In this document: positions 47,223 to 54,538 of the stretch, piece after piece
How positions within the stretch are numbered: the first letter of the stretch is position 1
Layout: each line of letters opens with the position of its first letter
From: K189A clade bacterium
Lineage (GTDB): Bacteria > Pseudomonadota > Gammaproteobacteria > Pseudomonadales > Azotimanducaceae
Length of the DNA stretch: 64,000 nucleotides
Direction: 5' to 3'
Assembly: GCA_902631405.1 (NCBI GenBank)
Contig: CACOYI010000001.1
Coordinates: forward strand, 83,812-147,811
Program-made: the position numbers and the translations under genes
The notes under the pieces: generated by a model
What the model was told of the DNA's origin: nothing
Database searches by the model: none
The model's input: the letters and a program-made list of their open reading frames with translations, nothing else

Positions 47223-48782
47223 ATGTATGAATTGAACAGACGCCATTTTTTGTATCTGAGTTCGCTGCTGACAACTGGGATCATATCTGGTTGTGGGCCG
47301 GTCAGTTCGAACCAAATTGTCAGAACTTCTTCGGGAGAGGTCCGCGGTCAGGTTATAGATGGCTGCTATGAGTTCCTTGGGATTCCGTTTGCGGAAGCGC
47401 CTTTTGGGCCAAACAGATTTCGTGCTCCTGTTAAACGAAAAAGTTGGTCAGGTGTCTTTGATGCGAGCAGTTATGGTCAATGTTGTCCCCAGGTAAAATT
47501 AGATCAATCTGAGGTCGGCGCCATGGGGCCCGATTGTTTAAATCTAAATATTTGGACTCCAGACTTAGGAGCTTCAAATCTACCTGTCTTGTTTTGGGTG
47601 CACGGTGGCGATCACGGTACTGGTTCCGGATCCTTGCCGTTATATAACGGGAAGAGTTTTGCCGATGAAGGGGCCGTTTTGGTAACTGCCAACCGCAGAT
47701 TAGGCGCAGAGGGGTTCTTATTTCTAGATGAGCTATTTAGCAGTAGGGAAAACGGAGAAAATTTTGCGATTCTTGACCTTATCTGTGCAATAGAGTGGGT
47801 GCATGAAAATATTGGTAGTTTTGGTGGGGATCCCACTAGTCTTACTTTATTCGGCCACGGGGAGGGTGGAGCTTTGATTCAGGCTATGACAAGCGCCCCA
47901 GCATCAAAAGGCCTTTTTCGTCGAATAATCGTTCAGAGTTCACCCCAGTTCGCTTCTCGCAGGAAGTCGGCGTCAAAAATTGCGCGATTTGTCATAGATC
48001 GTTTAGCGATTCCCAGGAACGATTTCGAGGCTTTGCAAAAAGTTGATCCGGTCGCTTTAACGAATCTATATCCGGAAGTTCAGTTAGAGGATAGGGAGTT
48101 GGATAGACCATATCGTCCTGTGATCTCGGAGAGTATGCCGATTCACCCCGCTGATGCTGCGCACGCCGGATTGGCGTACGATCATGATTTGTTAATTGGA
48201 TCTTCTGCGGAGGAGGCATCAATCTTCGCGCGCCTTTCAGGTCTGGATGAAGAAAGTGCCTTTTATCGTCGAGCGGATCGGATTATTCGATTGGCCGGCA
48301 CCAGTTGGGACGCGCTACGAAAAGTCTATGGCGGATCAGACCCATCGCTAACGACCCGGGAAATAGATTTTCTAATCATGGGAGACTGCTGGTTTCGGGT
48401 TCCCGCATTGAGGATTGCGGAGGGCCACTCGATTAAGAGCCCTGGGAGGACTTACGTATATCACTTCAACTGGGATTCCAACTTGTTGGGTGCCACGCAT
48501 GGACTCGACTTAATGATGTTTGGGAACGGCAATCCCTTATCGGAAATCTCGGGCTCGGCTTTCTCGGAGAGTATTTCATCGCTCTTGAGGAAAATGGTGG
48601 TGAGCTTTGCGAGGTATGGTGAGCCAAATATTGCCGAGGTGGGATGGAGAGAGTTTGAGAGCCCAAATAGATTAACAGCGGAAATAAGTGAAAGTTCTGA
48701 TCTGCTAGTTGATCCTTTCAATAAGCAACGAATTTTATTAGGTCGGGTGATGACGGATAGCTGGCAAGTTTTGGGCATATAA
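47223..48782 (+). CDS. Type-B carboxylesterase-fold Tat lipoprotein lacking the nucleophilic Ser
   Basis: RRHFL...ISG-C signal; FLGIPFA, DCLNLNIWTP, WVHGG and FGGDP motifs. The elbow reads GHGEG. Confidence 0.85.
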   Translation: MYELNRRHFLYLSSLLTTGIISGCGPVSSNQIVRTSSGEVRGQVIDGCYEFLGIPFAEAPFGPNRFRAPVKRKSWSGVFDASSYGQCCPQVKLDQSEVGAMGPDCLNLNIWTPDLGASNLPVLFWVHGGDHGTGSGSLPLYNGKSFADEGAVLVTANRRLGAEGFLFLDELFSSRENGENFAILDLICAIEWVHENIGSFGGDPTSLTLFGHGEGGALIQAMTSAPASKGLFRRIIVQSSPQFASRRKSASKIARFVIDRLAIPRNDFEALQKVDPVALTNLYPEVQLEDRELDRPYRPVISESMPIHPADAAHAGLAYDHDLLIGSSAEEASIFARLSGLDEESAFYRRADRIIRLAGTSWDALRKVYGGSDPSLTTREIDFLIMGDCWFRVPALRIAEGHSIKSPGRTYVYHFNWDSNLLGATHGLDLMMFGNGNPLSEISGSAFSESISSLLRKMVVSFARYGEPNIAEVGWREFESPNRLTAEISESSDLLVDPFNKQRILLGRVMTDSWQVLGI

Positions 48783-48806
48783 AAAAGGGAGCCCTAAGGC
48801 TCCCTT
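48781..48806 (-). terminator. Intrinsic terminator (U tract on the minus strand)
   Basis: AAGGGAGCC-ctaa-GGCTCCCTT hairpin. The A run at 48781-48786 gives a U tract for a minus-strand transcript. Confidence 0.8.
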
Positions 48807-48906
48807 CGCTCTTACGAGCTGCTCGTAGTTGAGGATCAACTACGCGAGACGACCCTCACAACTTGCAATAGATACCACTGATCACCTCCTTAGCGTTGTT
48901 AACAAT
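48781..48906 (-). ncRNA. Candidate small RNA or small-ORF transcript (12-codon ORF MVSIASCEGRLA at 48840..48878)
   Basis: Upstream promoter-like hexamers, 13-nt SD TAAGGAGGTGATC, GTG start, internal hairpins and a terminator. Confidence 0.55.
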
Positions 48907-48912
48907 GACCTA

Positions 48913-48940
48913 ATTATGTCTCAGAGTAGAGCGAAAGCAA
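48913..48940 (-). promoter_or_regulatory. Putative sigma70 promoter for the candidate small RNA
   Basis: Minus strand TTGCTT (48940-48935), 16 bp spacer, CATAAT (48918-48913). Confidence 0.5.
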
Positions 48941-49037
48941 GAGGGGTTTGAGGAAAAAGAAATTTCCTAGCGAGTAGCGGAGATTTAAGTTTTACAGATC
49001 AACTAGGTGCGCTATGCTTGACTTTTCGGCCGATTAA

Positions 49038-49113
49038 GCGGGAATAGCTCAGTTGGTAGAGCACAACCTTGCCAAGGTTGGGGTCGCGAGTTCGAATCTC
49101 GTTTCCCGCTCCA
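49038..49113 (+). tRNA. tRNA-Gly (anticodon GCC)
   Basis: 76 nt; GCGGGAA/TTCCCGC acceptor stem, CAACC-ttGCCaa-GGTTG anticodon arm, GTTCGA T-loop, encoded CCA. Confidence 0.97.
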
Positions 49114-49140
49114 TTTCAAAGCCGCCTGGTTCCTCGTTAT

Positions 49141-49236
49141 TCAATCGTCAGTCATGAAGATGCTGGCAACTTTGTAGATGACGAACGCTGTTATTAATAT
49201 GATCAGCACCATACCGACTGTAGCCTTCAAGTCCAA
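49141..49236 (-). CDS. Small single-TM membrane protein (31 aa)
   Basis: GAGGAG RBS, TTG start, MDLKATVGMVLIILITAFVIYKVASIFMTDD*. Below the ORF-track cutoff. Confidence 0.55.
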   Translation of the reverse strand: MDLKATVGMVLIILITAFVIYKVASIFMTDD

Positions 49237-49422
49237 TTTGATCTCCTCACTACAAATTATTGTTGAAATAATCTTTCGGGATAAGCATAACTATCGCCGA
49301 GACGAGTTCAATGACCACAGAGTGAAGTGTATTTAAAAAGTTTGGCACTTGGAGGGGCTCAAAAAAGCTGCGCTCGTCCGGTCTGAATCATTTAATACCC
49401 TGCGTTCTAAATTTCCAGATAT

Positions 49423-49593
49423 CTATTTCGCTCCCAAATTAGAATGGCTCTGGTTCGCGGGGCGGTATTGCTCCTCACTGATCAGGTCAAATTTATTGAA
49501 AACGGAGAATATGCCCACCAATGTTCTCAGCAATAGCTGCAACGAGATGGAAAAGCTCAGGTATCTATGGGTTGACCCAAGAAAGTATCTCAA
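49423..49593 (-). pseudogene. Truncated remnant of a PepSY-associated TM protein
   Basis: TTG overlaps the upstream repressor stop (TTGA). MRYFLGSTHRYLSFSISLQLLLRTLVGIFSVFNKFDLISEEQYR resembles the first PepSY-TM helix (H+YL...SG). Stops after 56 aa. Confidence 0.5.
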
Positions 49594-49850
49594 TTCTTCA
49601 GAATGCGGACTATCTCATCTACTTTATTGTCGAAAGTATCGTCACCATTTAGTGAATCTTTCACGCATTGTCTCAAGTGGCTTTTCAGTATTTTCCCTTC
49701 TACAGAGACAATGGAATTTTTTATCGCCTTTATCTGAGTCAGGATATCGATGCAATAATCCCCTTCTTCGATCATCCTTTGTACACCTCTTAGTTGTCCC
49801 TCGATGCGCTTCAGGTTGTTGATTTGATTTTTGTGGGAGGGATGACTCAA
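49590..49850 (-). CDS. CsoR/RcnR-family metal-sensitive transcriptional repressor
   Basis: LKRIEGQLRGVQRMIEE, YCIDILTQ and HLRQC motifs. Likely start is TTG 49850 (MSHPSH). Confidence 0.9.
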   Translation of the reverse strand: MSHPSHKNQINNLKRIEGQLRGVQRMIEEGDYCIDILTQIKAIKNSIVSVEGKILKSHLRQCVKDSLNGDDTFDNKVDEIVRILKN

Positions 49851-49851
49851 T

Positions 49852-50235
49852 TTACAAAAACTCTGGAACAATAAAGGTAAAGATGCTTGCAGTGGCGAAG
49901 ACTATACAAGATAGATAATAAACGACTCGAGAGCGTTTTCGGCTTTTTAGGCACGCTCTGCCAAGATTTGGGTCCGCGGGACAAGGCATTTTCGCCGTTT
50001 TCGAATGTAAGACGCCGACCGCAACCAAAATTATGAGCGTGACGACTGTTATTTCCACCTTGAATCGAGAAACAACGGTTAAAGCGGGGAACACGCTTAT
50101 GATATTTGCAAAAACGGCTCCTGCACCCATTGAAACCAGGATTGCCGGGAGAGCGCAACACAGTAAAGTTGATGACGAACTCAGTAAGGCAAAGAAATTT
50201 GCCATAGGACTTTGAACATATTTTTCCTTCATCAA
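49852..50235 (-). CDS. MerT/MerF-like small membrane metal transporter
   Basis: TLLCCALP vicinal Cys in the first TM, second Cys pair CPADPNLGRAC, about 3 TM segments. Confidence 0.72.
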   Translation of the reverse strand: MMKEKYVQSPMANFFALLSSSSTLLCCALPAILVSMGAGAVFANIISVFPALTVVSRFKVEITVVTLIILVAVGVLHSKTAKMPCPADPNLGRACLKSRKRSRVVYYLSCIVFATASIFTFIVPEFL

Positions 50236-50658
50236 CTAACCGCGATATATTTCTACGTCGACTACGTCTAAACCGTTTGACCTGATTCTCTTGTCGATGT
50301 CTTGTTTATCTGGTTGAGCTTCGGCGCTGTATGCGATGAGAACGCTTCCGAGTTCTAGGTCCACATCGATTTTCATCACACTAGAGTCTTTGGCGAAAGC
50401 TTTCTCGACGCCTCTGGCACAGAAATCACAGACCATGCCATTGACACTGACGAGGGCAACAGTGTAGGTGTGCCTGCCGCTCACCAGTCTCTGAAAGCGC
50501 TCGGAATTGAGAACCTCAGCATCAGAAACTTCGCCCGTAATGCCCATGCTTTGATGACCCATATGCCCATGATCACTGTCTGCCTCGTGCGGTGCGTTTC
50601 CAGCGCTGGCAAGATTAGCTGCAGATATGAGAAGTATACTCAAAAGAGATAAACGCAT
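50236..50658 (-). CDS. Periplasmic heavy-metal-associated (HMA) domain protein
   Basis: Signal peptide, His/Met-rich stretch, GMVCDFC (GMxCxxC). Confidence 0.85.
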   Translation of the reverse strand: MRLSLLSILLISAANLASAGNAPHEADSDHGHMGHQSMGITGEVSDAEVLNSERFQRLVSGRHTYTVALVSVNGMVCDFCARGVEKAFAKDSSVMKIDVDLELGSVLIAYSAEAQPDKQDIDKRIRSNGLDVVDVEIYRG

Positions 50659-50668
50659 TGCTGGTCTC

Positions 50669-51295
50669 CTAAAATCTATACATTAAGTGAATGTCCCAAT
50701 CAATTTCCTGCTCGTAACCAGCCTCAAAAAACCAATCGCCTTTGAAGAAGCGTAAGACAGGGTAAGTGGAATACCTTTCCTCAAGCCCGTCGTATTTTCG
50801 CTTAATTAGTAGCCAACTGTGGAGATCACCATAATCTCCGAGATAAGGCGCAAAGCCCATTTGAAAGTAATTATTAGAGAATGATTCGGTGTCCCATTTC
50901 ATTTTCCTCAGGCTGAAGCCTGCGAAATAACGTCGGGTTTCCCAGTCTCCCATGGCGCCAATGAAATATTCGCCACTGGTCGCGTCTATGCCTCCATCAA
51001 TATACAAGTTCTGTTGTGAGTTTCTCTTGTTGAGCCTGTGTGCGAGCCATGTGCCTCTTAAGTAGGAGCGGTCGGGCATGCCTCGCTTACCCTCGAGCAT
51101 TTCGATCCCGAACGAGTAGGTAGCCCTCGGTGAGTAATGCAAATAAAGAGAGTCCTTCAGGTAATCGGATTTTGCCATTAGGGTATACCCACCAGCATAC
51201 GAAATTGGTCTGGCGAATAACGCCACTGGTAGCAAGATAGATAAAATTATGAGGACCCGGAATATACCCATGGGGGGTACATTACCATAACTCAT
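50669..51295 (-). CDS. Exported hypothetical protein, probable small outer-membrane beta-barrel
   Basis: Signal peptide (LFA-RPISY), aromatic-rich alternating strands, terminal MYRF. Start may be ATG 51271. Confidence 0.7.
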   Translation of the reverse strand: MSYGNVPPMGIFRVLIILSILLPVALFARPISYAGGYTLMAKSDYLKDSLYLHYSPRATYSFGIEMLEGKRGMPDRSYLRGTWLAHRLNKRNSQQNLYIDGGIDATSGEYFIGAMGDWETRRYFAGFSLRKMKWDTESFSNNYFQMGFAPYLGDYGDLHSWLLIKRKYDGLEERYSTYPVLRFFKGDWFFEAGYEQEIDWDIHLMYRF

Positions 51296-51336
51296 AATTG
51301 AGCCTAATATTTTAGGCGTCAGGTGGCCGAAGATAG

Positions 51337-51804
51337 TTGAATTATGTTTGGACGAGAAGAAGGGAGGTTAAAATTCAAAAGAGGTTCGATCTTGAGATTA
51401 GCTTCGTAGAGCTCCTTAACCTGGCGAAATCGGGGAGGTGGATCAGCGAGGAGGATTTCGTGACTTGCTCCAAACTTTTGAAGACGGATCTTTTGTTAAG
51501 TACGAACGGGTCTGAACTCAAGGTTAAAGATTTGTACAAATGGTTCAATCGACCTAATGAGTGTCCGGTTTCGGCAGTGGACTACATTGTCTCAAGGTCA
51601 TTACACCCCAAAAGCCGAGATGCTAAAATAAACTATGCGGACTTGGACTCTTTTAATAGTCTAGACCAATTCCATGCCCGTCTTTTGCATGCGGTTGACC
51701 GGTCAAAACCATCAGTCGAGGAATTTAGCAAACAAGCTAGAGAGCTCTACCTTGCCGCTCTTTATCTTATTGCATCTGATGTGCGAGGATCGACCTCGGA
51801 GTAA
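51337..51804 (+). CDS. Hypothetical protein
   Basis: 155-aa ORF filling otherwise empty space; no motif recognised. Confidence 0.45.
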   Translation: MNYVWTRRREVKIQKRFDLEISFVELLNLAKSGRWISEEDFVTCSKLLKTDLLLSTNGSELKVKDLYKWFNRPNECPVSAVDYIVSRSLHPKSRDAKINYADLDSFNSLDQFHARLLHAVDRSKPSVEEFSKQARELYLAALYLIASDVRGSTSE

Positions 51805-51816
51805 TTTTTCCGTCCC

Positions 51817-52083
51817 GTGTTGGACTTCATGAAGTTGTCTGAGAGCAATAAAAATCGCTACTTTGCGGAAAAAATAAAGAAGGGAAGATCCGCTATGAAG
51901 CCACTAAGGCAGTTCATAGTCACGAACTTCGCCAACATAGCAGCGGAGATTAAAGGGCTACTATATTTCGTTATTAAAGGTTTTGGAGAATACGTTTTTT
52001 CAGGTCAGGCAGGGGCTCGTCTCGGACGATCTATGGGTTTATTTTATAGGGTCATTGAAGGGCTTCGGAGCGATCTGGTATGA
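51817..52083 (+). CDS. Hypothetical protein
   Basis: 88-aa ORF co-directional with the previous one; no motif recognised. Confidence 0.3.
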   Translation: MLDFMKLSESNKNRYFAEKIKKGRSAMKPLRQFIVTNFANIAAEIKGLLYFVIKGFGEYVFSGQAGARLGRSMGLFYRVIEGLRSDLV

Positions 52084-52205
52084 GCTTGAGATATCAATGG
52101 ATCCCTGTTTGAGAAGGAAGTAAACAAGATTTTGCTAAGTGAACGGGATAGTGGATTCGCTGATCGAGAAATAGTTCTAATGCATGGTTGGTCGCTTTGA
52201 TTGCC

Positions 52206-53405
52206 TCAGTCAGGTAGCCCAAGTACTCGCTTAGCTATTATATTGAGTTGAATTTCGTTTGAGCCTCCTGCAATAGAGATTGACTTGGCTTCTAACCAAA
52301 GCCGTCCCATCGATATTTCCTCATTGGAAAAGGCATCGCCTTCCCAACCGATTCCTGAGAAACCACGAATAGCGAGTTGTATTTCGAGTTGCTCTTTGAC
52401 GTAGTTGGCTTCAACATATTTGAAGATAGAACTTGTGGAGCCTGGGGCTTGCGCCTCTTCTTCTTCCACCGCCCTTCTTTGCGTGAAGAGGAAGGCCTCT
52501 CGTTGGAGCTCGTTTTTAAGGATTCTGGATCGAAGTGTGGAACTAATATTCTTCTTTTTTCCCTCGTATTGAAGGGCTAGCCTAGGGAGGTTGACAGAGG
52601 GTTTTATCCTTTCCAAGGCCCCGGCTGTATCTGCATTAGCAAGGGATGATAGGCTCGATCGTTCATATTGGAGTAGGCGTTTTGCAACTGCCCACCCGTG
52701 ATTTTCCTTGTAAACCAAGTCCTCCTTTTTTGCGACAGCGTTATGGAAAAATGTTTCGCAAAAAGGCGAGTGACCGTTGATCATATTGATCGGTTTGACG
52801 GTCACACCTTCTTGATCCATTGGAAACAAAACGAAACTAATCCCCTTGTGTTTGGGCGCGCTGAAGTCGGTTCTGACTAGGCAGAAGATCCAATCTGCTG
52901 TCTGTGCGCCTGAAGTCCAGATTTTGCTTCCATTGATCAGAAAGCGATCGCCGTCCGGCTCAGCTTTGGTCGTTAAGCTTGCGAGATCAGAGCCTGCCCC
53001 TGGTTCGCTGTATCCTTGGCACCAGGCTGTTTCTCCTCGCGCGATCGCAGGTAAATGCCTAGCCTTTTGCGAGTCGGTCCCAAATTCTAGAAGTGTTGGG
53101 CCAATCATGTCTACGCCCATACCTCCTAATGGGGGTCTAGCCTGAATTCGCTGTAATTCTTGCAGAAGTATTAGAAATTGGTCCTTCTCTAATCCACCCC
53201 CTCCATATTCGGTTGGCCAAGTAGGAACAGTCCATCCTTTCTCGATCATCCGGTCGAGCCATAGGTAAGAGTCAGGGTTGCTGCTGGGTCGCTTTTGTCC
53301 CCCTGTGATTTGTTCGCCTGGGACCATTCTCGTTCGCATAGACCGCGGACAATTGATTTCTAACCAATCCCGTGTTTGAAGCCTAAACTCATCTAAAGAG
53401 TTCAT
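52206..53405 (-). CDS. Acyl-CoA dehydrogenase
   Basis: WCQGYSEPGAGSDLA, KIWTS, LQYER and SIAGGSNEIQ motifs. Paralogue of 8772..9971. Confidence 0.93.
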   Translation of the reverse strand: MNSLDEFRLQTRDWLEINCPRSMRTRMVPGEQITGGQKRPSSNPDSYLWLDRMIEKGWTVPTWPTEYGGGGLEKDQFLILLQELQRIQARPPLGGMGVDMIGPTLLEFGTDSQKARHLPAIARGETAWCQGYSEPGAGSDLASLTTKAEPDGDRFLINGSKIWTSGAQTADWIFCLVRTDFSAPKHKGISFVLFPMDQEGVTVKPINMINGHSPFCETFFHNAVAKKEDLVYKENHGWAVAKRLLQYERSSLSSLANADTAGALERIKPSVNLPRLALQYEGKKKNISSTLRSRILKNELQREAFLFTQRRAVEEEEAQAPGSTSSIFKYVEANYVKEQLEIQLAIRGFSGIGWEGDAFSNEEISMGRLWLEAKSISIAGGSNEIQLNIIAKRVLGLPD

Positions 53406-53482
53406 TTTTCTTAATCTGTCTCAAGGTTTTTAAGAGAATCATTGTGAATAGCTTGGCTCCAATATTGATGGCGTTTACTCGA

Positions 53483-54334
53483 TCACTGATAAACCTTGGA
53501 GGAAGCCTTCATTGTTCTTCCTTGCATGATCATGGAAGCTATCGTCCTTTCGCTCGCGTCCAAGGCGTTAGTCTTATACCAAACGTATTCTGTCTGGGGG
53601 CTCTGTCCGACGCAGATAACTTCGCTTTGGAGTTGATAGTTTTGGTTGAGGAAGAACGGACCATCATGAAAAGCGATCTCAATCGCTCCAAATAATCCCA
53701 CCGACTCCTCAATATAAGGCGCGATTGCTTGGATAGGATAGCCCCACAGGTACTCAATAACTGTGCAAGGCGCTGGCAAGATGCCGCCAAAAAGAGAGCT
53801 GTCTTTGTAACACTCAAGAGGATCGCTAATCAATCCAGCATCAAATCGCTGTATTTGCTTATCTGCCGACACAAAAACCTCATATTGGCCAAGGGACATT
53901 CCGGGATAAAGCTTGTTAAGTATCCGCAGTTCTTTTGGCTCGCATGGTCGGAGATCTTGAGTCTGGAGCGCAGACCGCTCGGGGTTGCCGATCCCCGCTG
54001 TCCCCGAGCAGACAAGCATGCCATCTTCTCTTTCCATCCGAACATCAGTCTGTTCTGCATCGGGTTTAGGAATATTAACAACCACTTTTACTCTTTCTCG
54101 GTCGGTTGTCGCATTTTTAAAGTTAAGAGATAGGTGTCCGGTCTCGAACCATTCATGACCAAAAAGTTTTAGCAGCACCGGTGGAAACTGATTCATATGG
54201 ACATCGCCAGGTACTGTCCCCCCGCGAAACCCAAGCTTTTCGGCAGTTGTGTCGTCATGGATGCTTCCTGCCCCCTCGCTAGCGGCCCAATTGCGAGCCT
54301 CCCAAAGAGGACCTTCCATTATGGTTTCTATCAT
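53483..54334 (-). CDS. Hypothetical protein, probable double hot-dog (MaoC-like) fold
   Basis: SIHDDTTAEKLGFRGGTVPG resembles the MaoC 'IH.D...A...GF' motif. Confidence 0.55.
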   Translation of the reverse strand: MIETIMEGPLWEARNWAASEGAGSIHDDTTAEKLGFRGGTVPGDVHMNQFPPVLLKLFGHEWFETGHLSLNFKNATTDRERVKVVVNIPKPDAEQTDVRMEREDGMLVCSGTAGIGNPERSALQTQDLRPCEPKELRILNKLYPGMSLGQYEVFVSADKQIQRFDAGLISDPLECYKDSSLFGGILPAPCTVIEYLWGYPIQAIAPYIEESVGLFGAIEIAFHDGPFFLNQNYQLQSEVICVGQSPQTEYVWYKTNALDASERTIASMIMQGRTMKASSKVYQ

Positions 54335-54538
54335 TATTCCCGGCCCCTAAAATTCTTCCCAACTTTAGGCAAGATTAAACGATTCTGAAATTTGTGGAGA
54401 CCTTAAATTGGCGTTCTATGTTTATATCAAAATGGAATATTAAGATGTAGTTTTTGTTCCGACTTGTGTTGTTAACATGGCTGCGCCAGGTGTTGTGGGG
54501 AGAATGCAGCTGGTGATAAATCACCTCTTGAGAAAAAA

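Noticed and set aside
48880-48892. GATCACCTCCTTA as a 16S rRNA gene fragment
   Set aside because: The flanking sequence has no 16S helix 45 or other rRNA context. It is better explained as an SD on the minus strand.
49349-49822. 157-aa plus-strand ORF
   Set aside because: Antisense to the CsoR-family gene and the PepSY-like remnant, with no motif.
49852-50658. Classical mercury resistance (mer) operon
   Set aside because: No merA or merR is present, and the regulator is CsoR/RcnR family.
49114-52205. Integrative element at tRNA-Gly
   Set aside because: I found no duplicated tRNA 3' end, integrase or transposase by eye. Island status remains inference only.
54390-54538. SAM riboswitch upstream of the cystathionine beta-synthase
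   Set aside because: I recognised no SAM-I, SAM-II or SAM-V consensus. An Rfam scan would be needed to exclude it.
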